NCBI GenBank assembly: GCA_030141605.1
Contig: JAQGDQ010000004.1
Coordinates: forward strand, 868,001 to 932,000
DNA: 64,000 nt
Reading direction: 5' to 3'
DNA from: Tubiluchus corallicola
Taxonomy: Eukaryota > Animalia > Priapulida
Every line of letters starts with the position of its first letter. The first letter of the stretch is position 1. Shown here one piece after another: positions 63,840 through 64,000 of the stretch. A program made the translations under genes and the position numbers. The notes under the pieces are model-generated. The model was not told the DNA's origin, did no database searches, and saw nothing but the letters and a program-made list of their open reading frames with translations.

Positions 63840-64000
63840 CTAAGGAAATAAAGATGCAAATTTTATGTTCACTCAAACCTTTAAAGAATAATGACTAAAT
63901 GATGTCAAATGAGTGTTCTGTAAGTGTAATTCAATGTCAAGTATGGTTCATTGGCTTTATAAACACAAAATATTCTTTGAATTTAACTTGTGTTTAAATT

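Noticed and set aside
1-64000. CRISPR arrays, rRNA/tRNA genes, prokaryotic operons or defence systems
   Set aside because: None seen; the window is intron-rich animal DNA and its tandem repeats lack a repeat-spacer structure.

Overview
AT-rich animal (most likely invertebrate) genomic DNA with spliceosomal introns; no prokaryotic features. Four genes can be reconstructed by hand with consistent splice phases. (1) The 3' portion of a kinesin-3 KIF13A/B (Khc-73-type) gene on +, with 29 exons in 962-43408 encoding ~1844 aa from the end of the motor domain through FHA, stalk and tail to CAP-Gly. Its 5' end lies upstream of the window, and it has two ~10.5 kb introns. (2) A two-exon FAM167-family gene on -, convergent with KIF13 (46518-45514). 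(3) A four-exon NAT16/histidine-N-acetyltransferase-like GNAT gene on + (54377-57470). (4) The 3' part of a CUB-LDLa-trypsin-fold gene on - (63839-58358) whose catalytic His and Ser are replaced, making it a pseudoprotease; it probably has a GC-AG intron. Non-coding content includes a decayed L2-type LINE fragment, MITE/Helentron-like remnants, a ~400 bp inverted repeat pair, an apparently identical 384 bp tandem duplication, a three-copy structured intronic element and microsatellites. The most interesting inference is a hidden alternative last exon in KIF13, in a GCATG (Rbfox)-rich region, that would swap the CAP-Gly tail for a short RVxF + C-terminal S-H-L tail. All calls are from manual reading; no database searches were run.
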